A stretch of DNA of 64,000 nucleotides, taken from contig SXOO01000217.1 in assembly GCA_005776725.1 (NCBI GenBank), forward strand, positions 2,944 to 66,943, in the 5' to 3' direction. This document shows positions 18,921 to 26,864 of this stretch, piece by piece; the stretch's first letter is position 1, and each line of letters starts with the position of its first letter. A program made the translations under genes and the position numbers. This DNA comes from Pseudomonadota bacterium (GTDB lineage: Bacteria; Myxococcota_A; UBA9042; GCA-2863065). The notes beneath the pieces are model-generated. The model was not told where the DNA came from and ran no database searches. It saw only the letters and a program-made list of their open reading frames with translations.

Positions 18921-20122
18921 GACGCGGTCTCCACGAGGCGGAGCGCAGACCCGATGGTGGCGAGCTTCAGCTCGGTCTCGTGCCACTCGGCCGCGGGCTC
19001 CGAGCCCCGGACGATCCCCGCGCCGGCGAAGGCCACGGCCCGCTCGGGCGACACCACCGCGGAGCGGATCGCCACGGCGAAGAGTCCATCGCCCGACGGC
19101 GTGGTGAAGCCTACCGGTCCGGCGTAGAGCCCGCGGTCGAGAGGTTCTTCGGCGCGGAGCCACGCGTCGGCCTCCGCCGAGGGATAGCCGCCCACTGCCG
19201 GCGTGGGGTGGAGGGCCTGCGCCAGCGCCTGGGCCGTGACCCCGGGGCGCAACCGCGCCCTGATCGGGCTCACGAGGTGCTGGACCGCGGGGAGCCGCAG
19301 GAGCTGCACACGTCCCACCTCCAGGCCCACCACGAAGGGCCTGAGGCGCGCGGCGATGGCTCGCGCCACCACCGCTTGCTCCTCTCGATCCTTCTCGCTC
19401 TCGAGCAGGCGTCGGCCCAGCGCCTGATCCTCGTCCGAGTCGGCGGCGCGCGGCGCAGTCCCCGCCACGGCGTGCGTCTCGAGCTCACCGCGGACCACAC
19501 TGACCAGGGTCTCGGGCGTGGCTCCCAGGAAGGTCCGTCGCCCGTCGCCCACGGCGAAGACGATGCTGGCTGCGTGTCTGGCGAGCAGGATCTCCAGGAT
19601 CGCGCAGGGGTCGAAGGCGTAGCCGCTCGGGGCGACCACCTCGGCTGACCGCGCGAGGACCACCTTCTCGAGGTGGCCCGCTCCAATCTCGGCGACCGCG
19701 CGCCCGACTCGGGCCTCGAACGCTGACTGAGCCTCGAGCGGGACGAAATCCGGCGCGCGGTGGTGCATCTGCTCGAGGTTGGGCCCCGCGGCAGGCAGCG
19801 GCCCCCCGGCGATCGTGTCTCCGCGGTGGCGGAACCAGCACGCGGTGGGCACGAAGGCCGGGACCTCCGGCCACGCGATCCCTGACCGCTCTCGAGGGGA
19901 GACGTCGTTCCTGTAGCCCATGGCGCCGACCCAGCTCGGCAGCCCGCCGGCGAGCCCGTCGGGGGAGCCTCCGCCGACCGCGGCCAGCTCCACCCGCCGC
20001 ACCGGATCACGCAGGTAGAACCACGGGCGGCGGCAGGTGGCGAGCGCCCGCAGCGGCACCTCGCGCCACGGCACGTCCCGCGGGCGGCTCTGGTCGGTGG
20101 GTGTGGGGGCTCCGTCTGACAA
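18917..20122 (-). CDS. menF: Isochorismate synthase
   Basis: KVVLAR, FLGATPETL, AVAGT, KDREEQ, VQHL, LHPTPAVGGYP, DRGLYAGPVG, FAVAIRS, FAGAGIV, EWHETELK. TTG start uncertain. Confidence 0.9.
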   Translation of the reverse strand: MSDGAPTPTDQSRPRDVPWREVPLRALATCRRPWFYLRDPVRRVELAAVGGGSPDGLAGGLPSWVGAMGYRNDVSPRERSGIAWPEVPAFVPTACWFRHRGDTIAGGPLPAAGPNLEQMHHRAPDFVPLEAQSAFEARVGRAVAEIGAGHLEKVVLARSAEVVAPSGYAFDPCAILEILLARHAASIVFAVGDGRRTFLGATPETLVSVVRGELETHAVAGTAPRAADSDEDQALGRRLLESEKDREEQAVVARAIAARLRPFVVGLEVGRVQLLRLPAVQHLVSPIRARLRPGVTAQALAQALHPTPAVGGYPSAEADAWLRAEEPLDRGLYAGPVGFTTPSGDGLFAVAIRSAVVSPERAVAFAGAGIVRGSEPAAEWHETELKLATIGSALRLVETAS

Positions 20123-20126
20123 AGGC

Positions 20127-20150
20127 GTTGTTTATAACCTCTTGAACAAC
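20127..20150. promoter_or_regulatory. Palindromic operator candidate 1 (GTTGTTTA-N8-TGAACAAC)
   Basis: 8-bp inverted repeat with 1 mismatch, directly upstream of menF. Just downstream of a possible minus-strand promoter TTGCCA-N17-TAGAAC (20187-20159). Confidence 0.65.
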
Positions 20151-20201
20151 ACGGCGGCGTTCTAGCTCACGTATAGTGCGTTGGCAATCGAGTCGTGCGC
20201 C

Positions 20202-20225
20202 GTTGTTCACGTTGGCTTGGACAAC
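20202..20225. promoter_or_regulatory. Palindromic operator candidate 2 (GTTGTTCA-N8-TGGACAAC)
   Basis: Same consensus and spacing as operator 1. Overlaps the -35 box of the regulator's promoter. Confidence 0.65.
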
Positions 20226-20240
20226 GCGGCGTGCTAGGCT
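20212..20240 (+). promoter_or_regulatory. sigma70-type promoter of the GbsR-like gene (likely leaderless transcript)
   Basis: TTGGCT-N17-TAGGCT with an extended TGn. The ATG at 20248 lies 7 nt after the -10 box, with no SD. Confidence 0.5.
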
Positions 20241-20247
20241 CGCCACG

Positions 20248-20790
20248 ATGAACCCCTCCTCTCTCGACCGCCGAGTCCTCGCCGCGTGCGACGCTGCTGG
20301 CGCCTTCATCGAGTACTGGGGCTTCAAGGCGATCCACGGGCGTGTCTGGACGCTGGTGGCGATCTCGCGCGCTCCGCTCAGCCAGACCGAGGTGGCTGAG
20401 CGCCTCGGCGTCTCCCGGTCGCTCGTGAGCCAGGCCGTGGCCGATCTCGAGTCTCGTGGGCTGCTTCGGCAAGCCGGGGAGGGGAGGAAAGCGCCGCTTC
20501 AGGCGGTGTGGGACGTCTGGCCGGTGATCGCCGACGTCCTCAGGAAGCGCGAGTGGCAGATGCTGGACGAGGCGCGCCTCTCGCTAGAGGCCGCGCTGGA
20601 AGAGGCCGAGCTGTCCCCGGCGGGGGACATCGATCCCGGCCGCGTACGCGTGCTGCTCTCCATGACCGAGATCGCGCAGACGTTCGTGGGGGTGCTCATC
20701 GCGCTCCGCGTGCCCGCCAGCGTGGAGAAAGTGGCCGACTGGATGGGTCGCGCGCGGCTGCTGGTTCAGACGCTGCGCGGCGTCGGCTGA
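20248..20790 (+). CDS. GbsR/MarR-family winged-helix transcriptional regulator
   Basis: FIEYWGF..IHGRVWTLV..S..PLSQTEVAERLGVSRSLVSQAVADLE..GLL..G.RK...A..DVW......LRKRE matches the GbsR/CydE (COG1510) pattern. Confidence 0.85.
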   Translation: MNPSSLDRRVLAACDAAGAFIEYWGFKAIHGRVWTLVAISRAPLSQTEVAERLGVSRSLVSQAVADLESRGLLRQAGEGRKAPLQAVWDVWPVIADVLRKREWQMLDEARLSLEAALEEAELSPAGDIDPGRVRVLLSMTEIAQTFVGVLIALRVPASVEKVADWMGRARLLVQTLRGVG

Positions 20791-20858
20791 GCTCTTTCAC
20801 GGAGCGCCTCGGCGCTCTCGGTGGGTGCGTGCCTGCGAGCCCTCCAGCCCGGGACAGC

Positions 20859-21707
20859 TCAGGGGTGTGGCCGGCAGATCACGTTGATGGCGTCTCGGTC
20901 CCCGAGGGCAGCGATGCGCGCCCGGATGTCCACCACCGGGGTGGTGCCGTCGAGCTCGAAGAAGTCGTAGCCACCGAGCAGGCCGAGCAGCGCCTCGAAC
21001 GAGTCGCCCGCTTTTCGCTGCCAGTAGTCGCTCACCTCCACGATCATGATGGGGCGATCACGCCTCAGTATCTCGGTTGCGCCGCGCAGGATCTTGGTCT
21101 CGAAGCCGTCCACGTCGAGCTTGATGAGGTCGACCTTGGCGATCCCCTTGCGGGCGCAGTAGGTGTCGAGCCGTGAGAACGTGACGGCCCCCTGCTCGGT
21201 CAGGCTGTCGCCCTGCGCCTTGTATTGCGACTGGAACGCGTAGGCCGCCTGATCCTGGTCCGCGTCCGAGAGCGCCATTCTCTCGGGGACCACGTTCCGC
21301 AGCTCGGGGTTCAAGCTCAGGTTGCGTTGGAGCTTCCCAAAGGCCCACTCGGTGGGCTCGAACGCGTAGACACGGCCACCGGGTCCCACACGGCGCGCAA
21401 GCGGCAGGCAGTGCGCGCCGATGTTGGCGCCGATGTCGAGCACGGTCATGCCTTCGCGGGTGAGCGCGTCCAGCGCGGCGGTGGTCCCGCGCTCGAAGAA
21501 GCCCTCGAGGTAGATGTGGCGATCGATGTGCTGATCGAGGTCGAGCTCCCAGTGGAGGCCACCCCGCTCAGCGGTGACCTTCTTGCCAGCGAATCGACCC
21601 TTCACCCAGCGGTCCAGCGCGACCAGCGGTCGGGCCAGAGGACGACCGGGGAGGCGACGATAGAGGGACAGCGCAGCTCTGCGAATCCCGATGAGCAGCT
21701 CACTCAC
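20859..21707 (-). CDS. FkbM-family SAM-dependent methyltransferase
   Basis: VLDIGANIG, VYAFEP, MALSD, RLD, VDLIKLDVDGFETKILRGA, IVEV. GTG at 21707 with GAGG RBS. Confidence 0.9.
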   Translation of the reverse strand: MSELLIGIRRAALSLYRRLPGRPLARPLVALDRWVKGRFAGKKVTAERGGLHWELDLDQHIDRHIYLEGFFERGTTAALDALTREGMTVLDIGANIGAHCLPLARRVGPGGRVYAFEPTEWAFGKLQRNLSLNPELRNVVPERMALSDADQDQAAYAFQSQYKAQGDSLTEQGAVTFSRLDTYCARKGIAKVDLIKLDVDGFETKILRGATEILRRDRPIMIVEVSDYWQRKAGDSFEALLGLLGGYDFFELDGTTPVVDIRARIAALGDRDAINVICRPHP

Positions 21708-21750
21708 AGAACACCTCGACTCAAAGCACCGGGTATCGGCTCCGGTGAAA

Positions 21751-23337
21751 TCATGTCTGACCCCGCGCGGCGCTGCCTGGCCGTGGCCGTCGGAGCAGCC
21801 GTGCGAAGAGCGCCTCGCTGGCGCCGAAGTACGGCGCATCCCGCCCCGCAAAGGCCCGATGCCCCACCACGATTCCGGCGCCGGCCACCCCCAGCGAGAG
21901 GACAGTCCCGACCCACGCGCCCACGCCCAGCCGAAGGGCAACGGCGCCTGTGGCGATGCCAGCGAGCCCGATGAGCGCGTGGACGCCCAGCAGCGAAGGG
22001 AGCCCGGGGAGCATCCCGCGCAGCACGGGGCCCGGACTCGCCCCCCCGTTGGCCAGCTCGGCGGCCTTCCAGGCCAGCACGAGACAGCCGAGCGGGTAGC
22101 AGAGCGCCGCGAGCCCGGCGCCATGAAGGTGCCAGTGTGGCGTGAGGATGAGCAGCAGCACCAGCATGGAGCCACCGCCCACGAGCGTGGCCGCCGCCAC
22201 CACGTCGGGTCGGCTGCGGCCGGTGAGGTAGTAGTACGGGACCACGTTCAGCGCATGGAGCCCGTAAGCCGCGAGCAGCCAGGCGAAGATCCCGGATGCC
22301 GCTTCGGCGCGCGCGGCGCCCACCCACGCAGGCAGGAAGACGGGGCCCACCGCGGCGGCGAGCGTGACCACGCCGGCGGAGAAGAGGAGGCTGGCGCGCC
22401 ATGCGGTGGGGAACTGGCGCGCGTCATCGTTGCGGTCGCCCGACGCGAAGTGCGGCATGAGCACGCGGCCGGCCGCGATGGCGACCTGATGGACCTTTGA
22501 GGCCAGCGCCTGGGCGAGGGCGTAGCTCGCTACGGCCTCCAGCCCGAGGACCGACCCAACGACCAGCTTGTCGAGCTGGCCGATCGCGAGGGTGCCCGCT
22601 GAGGTGACGGAGCTGTACATCCCGAAGCCGAGGAGTCGCCGCGACGTGGGCAGGAAGTCGAGCTGGTCCCACTTCACCGGCTGCAGCTCACGCGCTACGG
22701 AGACGAGACCGACGATGGCGGTTGCCCATGTGACGGCGACGGTGGCCACGACGAGGCCGATGAAGCCTGAGCCGATGGCGAGGGCGAGCCAGCCAACGAT
22801 CAGCGCGGTGACGGCGCGGCCCATGACCAGGAGCTGCGATGCCCGGAACCGGTTCAGCCCCTCGAAGACCCCCGAAGCCACCGTGAACAGCACCGTCGGC
22901 AAGACCCCGATGGAGACGAGTCGCAGCGCACGCACGGCGAGCTCGGCTTCGTCGCCCCGAAGCTTCAGGAGGTGGACGGCGATCGGCTCGGCGAGCACCA
23001 CCATGATCAGGGTCGCAAGCAGCGCCAGGACCGTGAAGACGAGCGACGCGGAGGTGACGATTCGCGTGAGGGCGAGGCCCGGGGGCACGGCGGCATCACC
23101 GCCCCCGCGTGCCCCGGCGACGAGGGCGGTGGTGGCCTCACCGAGGCTCAAGTTGAGGATCCCGGTGAAGGCCAGGATGGCGATGCACAGCGTCCAGAGC
23201 CCGAAGGTCCGGTCGCCGAGGTAGCTGAGATAGAGAGGGGTGCTGACGAGCGCCACCAGCGTGGGCACCGCGAAACCCGCGAGGCTCCAGAGCGTGTTAC
23301 CAGCCAGGAGGCCGGCGCGGGTGGCTTGGCTAGTCAT
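21751..23337 (-). CDS. Wzx/MOP-family oligosaccharide flippase
   Basis: ~14 hydrophobic segments, LGDRTFG, LSLGEA, QLDKLVVGSVLG...VASYALA. Start 23337 (ATG) or 23382. Confidence 0.8.
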   Translation of the reverse strand: MTSQATRAGLLAGNTLWSLAGFAVPTLVALVSTPLYLSYLGDRTFGLWTLCIAILAFTGILNLSLGEATTALVAGARGGGDAAVPPGLALTRIVTSASLVFTVLALLATLIMVVLAEPIAVHLLKLRGDEAELAVRALRLVSIGVLPTVLFTVASGVFEGLNRFRASQLLVMGRAVTALIVGWLALAIGSGFIGLVVATVAVTWATAIVGLVSVARELQPVKWDQLDFLPTSRRLLGFGMYSSVTSAGTLAIGQLDKLVVGSVLGLEAVASYALAQALASKVHQVAIAAGRVLMPHFASGDRNDDARQFPTAWRASLLFSAGVVTLAAAVGPVFLPAWVGAARAEAASGIFAWLLAAYGLHALNVVPYYYLTGRSRPDVVAAATLVGGGSMLVLLLILTPHWHLHGAGLAALCYPLGCLVLAWKAAELANGGASPGPVLRGMLPGLPSLLGVHALIGLAGIATGAVALRLGVGAWVGTVLSLGVAGAGIVVGHRAFAGRDAPYFGASEALFARLLRRPRPGSAARGQT

Positions 23338-23503
23338 GTTGGGCGCCGGCACTCTAACCCTCGAGGGCGTCTTGGTTGCCACTCAGGGCGCGACTTTTCA
23401 TCGAGTCACCGGGCTCCGCTGTCCTCGGCCCCGGCGCCTCGAATCGCTTCCCCGCGAACGGCGCGACGGGGTTCTTCTTTGGGCCCGCGATTGAGGCTGC
23501 GCG

Positions 23504-25243
23504 TCACTCGGGAGGCGGGGTGCAGCCGTCGACCCCGAGGGAGTCGGTGGTGACCGTGGGGTAGTCGCCCTGGAGCGGCAGCAGTGTGGGGTCGTGCAGC
23601 TCGAGCGGAGCCGTCCACGAGTCGTCCATGATCTCGGGCAGCTGCGTCAGCGTGAAGGCGTTCCAGTCGGTGCACCAGACGCCCGCGGCCTCGCGCAGCG
23701 ACGTGCTGATGCTGGAGGTTGGCGTGCCCAGGTCGTAGAGGGCCACGTCGTCCTCGGCCGAGGCGCCCGCGAGGCCCGCAATGGCCCGCCCGAACTTCGA
23801 GTCGGCACCTCGACGCGTGAGGTAGATGACCCGGTCACACCCGGCGTTGCGCAGCGCCAGGACCGGGGCCAGGTCCGGCCAGCCGCCTGCAGAGATGTTG
23901 CCGTCCGGTAGCTCCTTGCCGCGCGAGAGCCCGGGCTCTGCGGGCGACATGGAGATCGCCAGGCGCCAGGTGGCGGGCCCCAGCGCCATGGCCTTCTGGC
24001 TCTTGAGATCAGGGAAGCCGAGGGCATTGTCGACCACCGGCTTCGTGTGTTTGCTCTGGCCCCAATACCCGGCCCGTACGTCCGCGAACGAGGGCTCGAA
24101 CGCCCAGGTCCCCAGCGCCATGAAGTCTGCGTACGCCTTCTTCCACTGCGTCGCGGCGTTTCCCAGGAACACACTGGTGATCGCCATAGCGCGAAGCTTC
24201 GCGCCCACGGGCTCGTCGATGCGGTTCTTCGCGCTGTTCTCCTGCGGGATGAAGCCCGAGCGCCACGTGGCGAGGAGCTCGGCGAAGCGCGACCCGCAGG
24301 TCCCACTGCCGCCCAGGGGTAGCGCAGCGACCTCCGGCCACGGGAGCCCGCGGCCGGGCAGGGCGCACCCCGCCAGGATGGCCTCCCACTCCGGCAGGTC
24401 GACGGGGCCGTAGCCGGCGTAGAAGCTGCCGATCCGCCCCAGCTTCTCGGCGAAGCCCTCGAAGCTGACCACGCCCGGGCGCAGGAAGATCTCCGCCGAG
24501 TCGGCGCTGAACGCCCCGAAGGTGGAGAGCGCCGCCCAGACCATGGGCACGTAGGCGAGCGGGTCGTCGGACTCCGTGAGGAGGTCCAGGATCTCGGCGT
24601 TGATGATGTCCTTCACGTCGTCCGAGTCGAACAACGTGAGCAGGGCGTCCAGCGCCTGCTCGAGCTTGCCGTTGGCCACGGCTTCGCCCACGCCCTGGGC
24701 CTTGGCCTGCTCCACCAGCGCGAGCAGCACGCCCACGGCGACCGCTTCGTCGCGTTCGGTCATGGCCTGGATGTAGCCGTAGAGCGACTTGTACATGAAG
24801 CCGAGGCGCGCGCCGGCCTCGACCGGAGTGCACGCCTTCTTCGCGCAGGTCTTCACCGCGGGGTGGATGTGCATCGACTCCGTGAAGAAGGCCGTGATCG
24901 AGGCTGAGCTCCCTCCGGCGACCCCGTCCAAGGGGCCGAACGTCTCCACGATCCGCGCCATCGCCGCGAAGTGCGCCGTGATCAGCTCGCCGTTCCCGCG
25001 GATCGCCACACACAGCGTCTTCTTTGGCTCCGGCGGTTTCGGCGTGTCGGTGGACGTGGCGTCTGCCGGCGCCGGCGTGGTGTCTCGGGCGTCCTCCGGC
25101 GCCGGAGCGTCGTCGGGTAGCGGAGTGGTATCCAGGGCGCTCGGCGTGTCGGTGGGGCCGATGACGTCTGCCGCCGTGAGGGGCGTGCTCTGCGTGGTGG
25201 CCGCCTCGCAAGCTAGCGCCAGGAGCAAGACAAGGCGCTTCAT
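23504..25243 (-). CDS. Lipoprotein with divergent patatin-like motifs
   Basis: MKRLVLLLALAC lipobox, Pro/Thr/Asp linker, then CVAIRGNG, VAGGSSAS, SMSPAEPG and SAGGWPD in the order of the patatin blocks. ATG overlaps the upstream stop. Confidence 0.6.
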   Translation of the reverse strand: MKRLVLLLALACEAATTQSTPLTAADVIGPTDTPSALDTTPLPDDAPAPEDARDTTPAPADATSTDTPKPPEPKKTLCVAIRGNGELITAHFAAMARIVETFGPLDGVAGGSSASITAFFTESMHIHPAVKTCAKKACTPVEAGARLGFMYKSLYGYIQAMTERDEAVAVGVLLALVEQAKAQGVGEAVANGKLEQALDALLTLFDSDDVKDIINAEILDLLTESDDPLAYVPMVWAALSTFGAFSADSAEIFLRPGVVSFEGFAEKLGRIGSFYAGYGPVDLPEWEAILAGCALPGRGLPWPEVAALPLGGSGTCGSRFAELLATWRSGFIPQENSAKNRIDEPVGAKLRAMAITSVFLGNAATQWKKAYADFMALGTWAFEPSFADVRAGYWGQSKHTKPVVDNALGFPDLKSQKAMALGPATWRLAISMSPAEPGLSRGKELPDGNISAGGWPDLAPVLALRNAGCDRVIYLTRRGADSKFGRAIAGLAGASAEDDVALYDLGTPTSSISTSLREAAGVWCTDWNAFTLTQLPEIMDDSWTAPLELHDPTLLPLQGDYPTVTTDSLGVDGCTPPPE

Positions 25244-26820
25244 ACGAGGTCCTCGAGGCCGTAGCCGGTCAGGCGGTTGTGGTAGTAGTACGCGAGCTCC
25301 TGCGAGTCGCACTGGATCCGGTCGCCTTCGCGCCACGCGGCGCGGTTGCGGTGGTAGCTGGCGAAGTAACGCAGCGCCTGTCCCACCACCTCATCCGCGC
25401 TCTTGCCCTCGAGATCGGGGGCCAGGCCAAGGCGCCCCGCGGCCGCACGCTCCCGGATGCCCACGAGGAGGCGCTCCACGGCGGCGAGCACGTCCGACAA
25501 GACGAAGCCCGTGGGGCCTGCGCCCTCCTTGAGCACACGGTACAGGTCGGCGCCCGGGTGCTTCTTGCGGGTGAGGAGGTGGATGGCGAACGCCAGGACG
25601 TGGGTGCTCTGCATGCGGGCGATCCGCGCGAGAGAGCCCACCAGGTGATCCGCCAGCTCGCTGGTGTATTCGTGGTCACGCTGTGCGTCGTGGACCACTT
25701 TGCCGTCGCGCATCACGTAACGCGTGATGTCCACCGGCCGACCGCGTTGGTCCACGCTCCGCCCCTGGAAGTCGACGCGGTTGCCGAAGGGGTCCATCGG
25801 CTCGCCGAACGTGATGTGGATGCGGCTGTCGAGGGCCATCAGGTCGCGGAAGAACGACGCGATCCGCTCGAGGCGGCTGAACTCGTCGTCGATGATGATG
25901 TACCGCGACTTGCCCACGTCCTTCAGGTAGTCCTCGATCAGCGTCTCCGCCTCGAGCACCAGCCCATACGAGATGTCGCAGGGCACGAAGTAGAGGTTGG
26001 GCTGGCGCTTCCCGCTCTCGAGGTTGTGCTGGTACGCGGTGAGCGCCGAGCCGAGCAGGCCCTTCTTGAGTCGCCGCTCCACGCTCCCCGACCGTGAGCG
26101 AGTCCCCCCTGGGAAGAAGAGGTGATGGTAGCCGAGCTCCATCGTGTAGGTGGCGTACTCCTTGAGCACGTCCTTGTAGAGCTCGGCCTTCTTGCGGCGG
26201 TCGATCCGGTACGCCCCGAGGTGGTTCATGAAGAAGCCTATGAGGCGGTTCGTGAACAGGTTGAGTCCCGCGCCGTAGGTGAGCGGCGGGAGCCCCACGA
26301 GGTACGCGGTGTAGCCGAGCACGATCGAGTCGAGGTTCGAGAGGTGCGTGGGCGTGACCACCACCGTCCCCTTCTGCGAGAGGCGCCGGACCGCCTCCGT
26401 CTCCCCGTGGATCGCCACGTTGTCGGCGAGGCGGAGCGCTTGCTTCGGGTCTTTGAGGGCGCGCACCGGATCCAGCGAGTTGAGCAGCAGCCCGAGCGCC
26501 GTGGGCACGGTGCTGGTGACGGCCCGGTACATCCGCGGATCGAACGAGCCCATGATGTCGTCTACGAAGCGAGCGATGACCTCCTTGCCCAGGTCGCGTA
26601 GCGCGGTGGGGTTGGCGGAGTCGAGGCGCTTCGCCACCTTGCCCCAGTAGGCCGGGTCGCCGCTCTCCCACTGATATCGGGGGCCATTGAGGCGCATGCG
26701 CTCGTGGTAGAGCGTGTCGGCGAGCACGTCGTGGAGGACGCCCGCCGGGCGCTTCTCGAGCTGGTCGAGGACCCGGCTCGTGACCTCGGTGCGGGTCAGC
26801 TGCTTGTGTTCGGCGCGCAA
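25240..26820 (-). CDS. Glycerol-3-phosphate O-acyltransferase (PlsB/GPAT-like acyltransferase domain)
   Basis: PTHLSNLD (HxxxxD), GAGLNLF, GAYRIDRR, FFPGGTRSRSG, KKGLL. TTG at 26820 with GAGGAG RBS. Confidence 0.85.
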   Translation of the reverse strand: MRAEHKQLTRTEVTSRVLDQLEKRPAGVLHDVLADTLYHERMRLNGPRYQWESGDPAYWGKVAKRLDSANPTALRDLGKEVIARFVDDIMGSFDPRMYRAVTSTVPTALGLLLNSLDPVRALKDPKQALRLADNVAIHGETEAVRRLSQKGTVVVTPTHLSNLDSIVLGYTAYLVGLPPLTYGAGLNLFTNRLIGFFMNHLGAYRIDRRKKAELYKDVLKEYATYTMELGYHHLFFPGGTRSRSGSVERRLKKGLLGSALTAYQHNLESGKRQPNLYFVPCDISYGLVLEAETLIEDYLKDVGKSRYIIIDDEFSRLERIASFFRDLMALDSRIHITFGEPMDPFGNRVDFQGRSVDQRGRPVDITRYVMRDGKVVHDAQRDHEYTSELADHLVGSLARIARMQSTHVLAFAIHLLTRKKHPGADLYRVLKEGAGPTGFVLSDVLAAVERLLVGIRERAAAGRLGLAPDLEGKSADEVVGQALRYFASYHRNRAAWREGDRIQCDSQELAYYYHNRLTGYGLEDLV

Positions 26821-26864
26821 GGGCAGAGCTCCTCGAGGTGAAACGGGCTCAGGGGCGCCCAACT

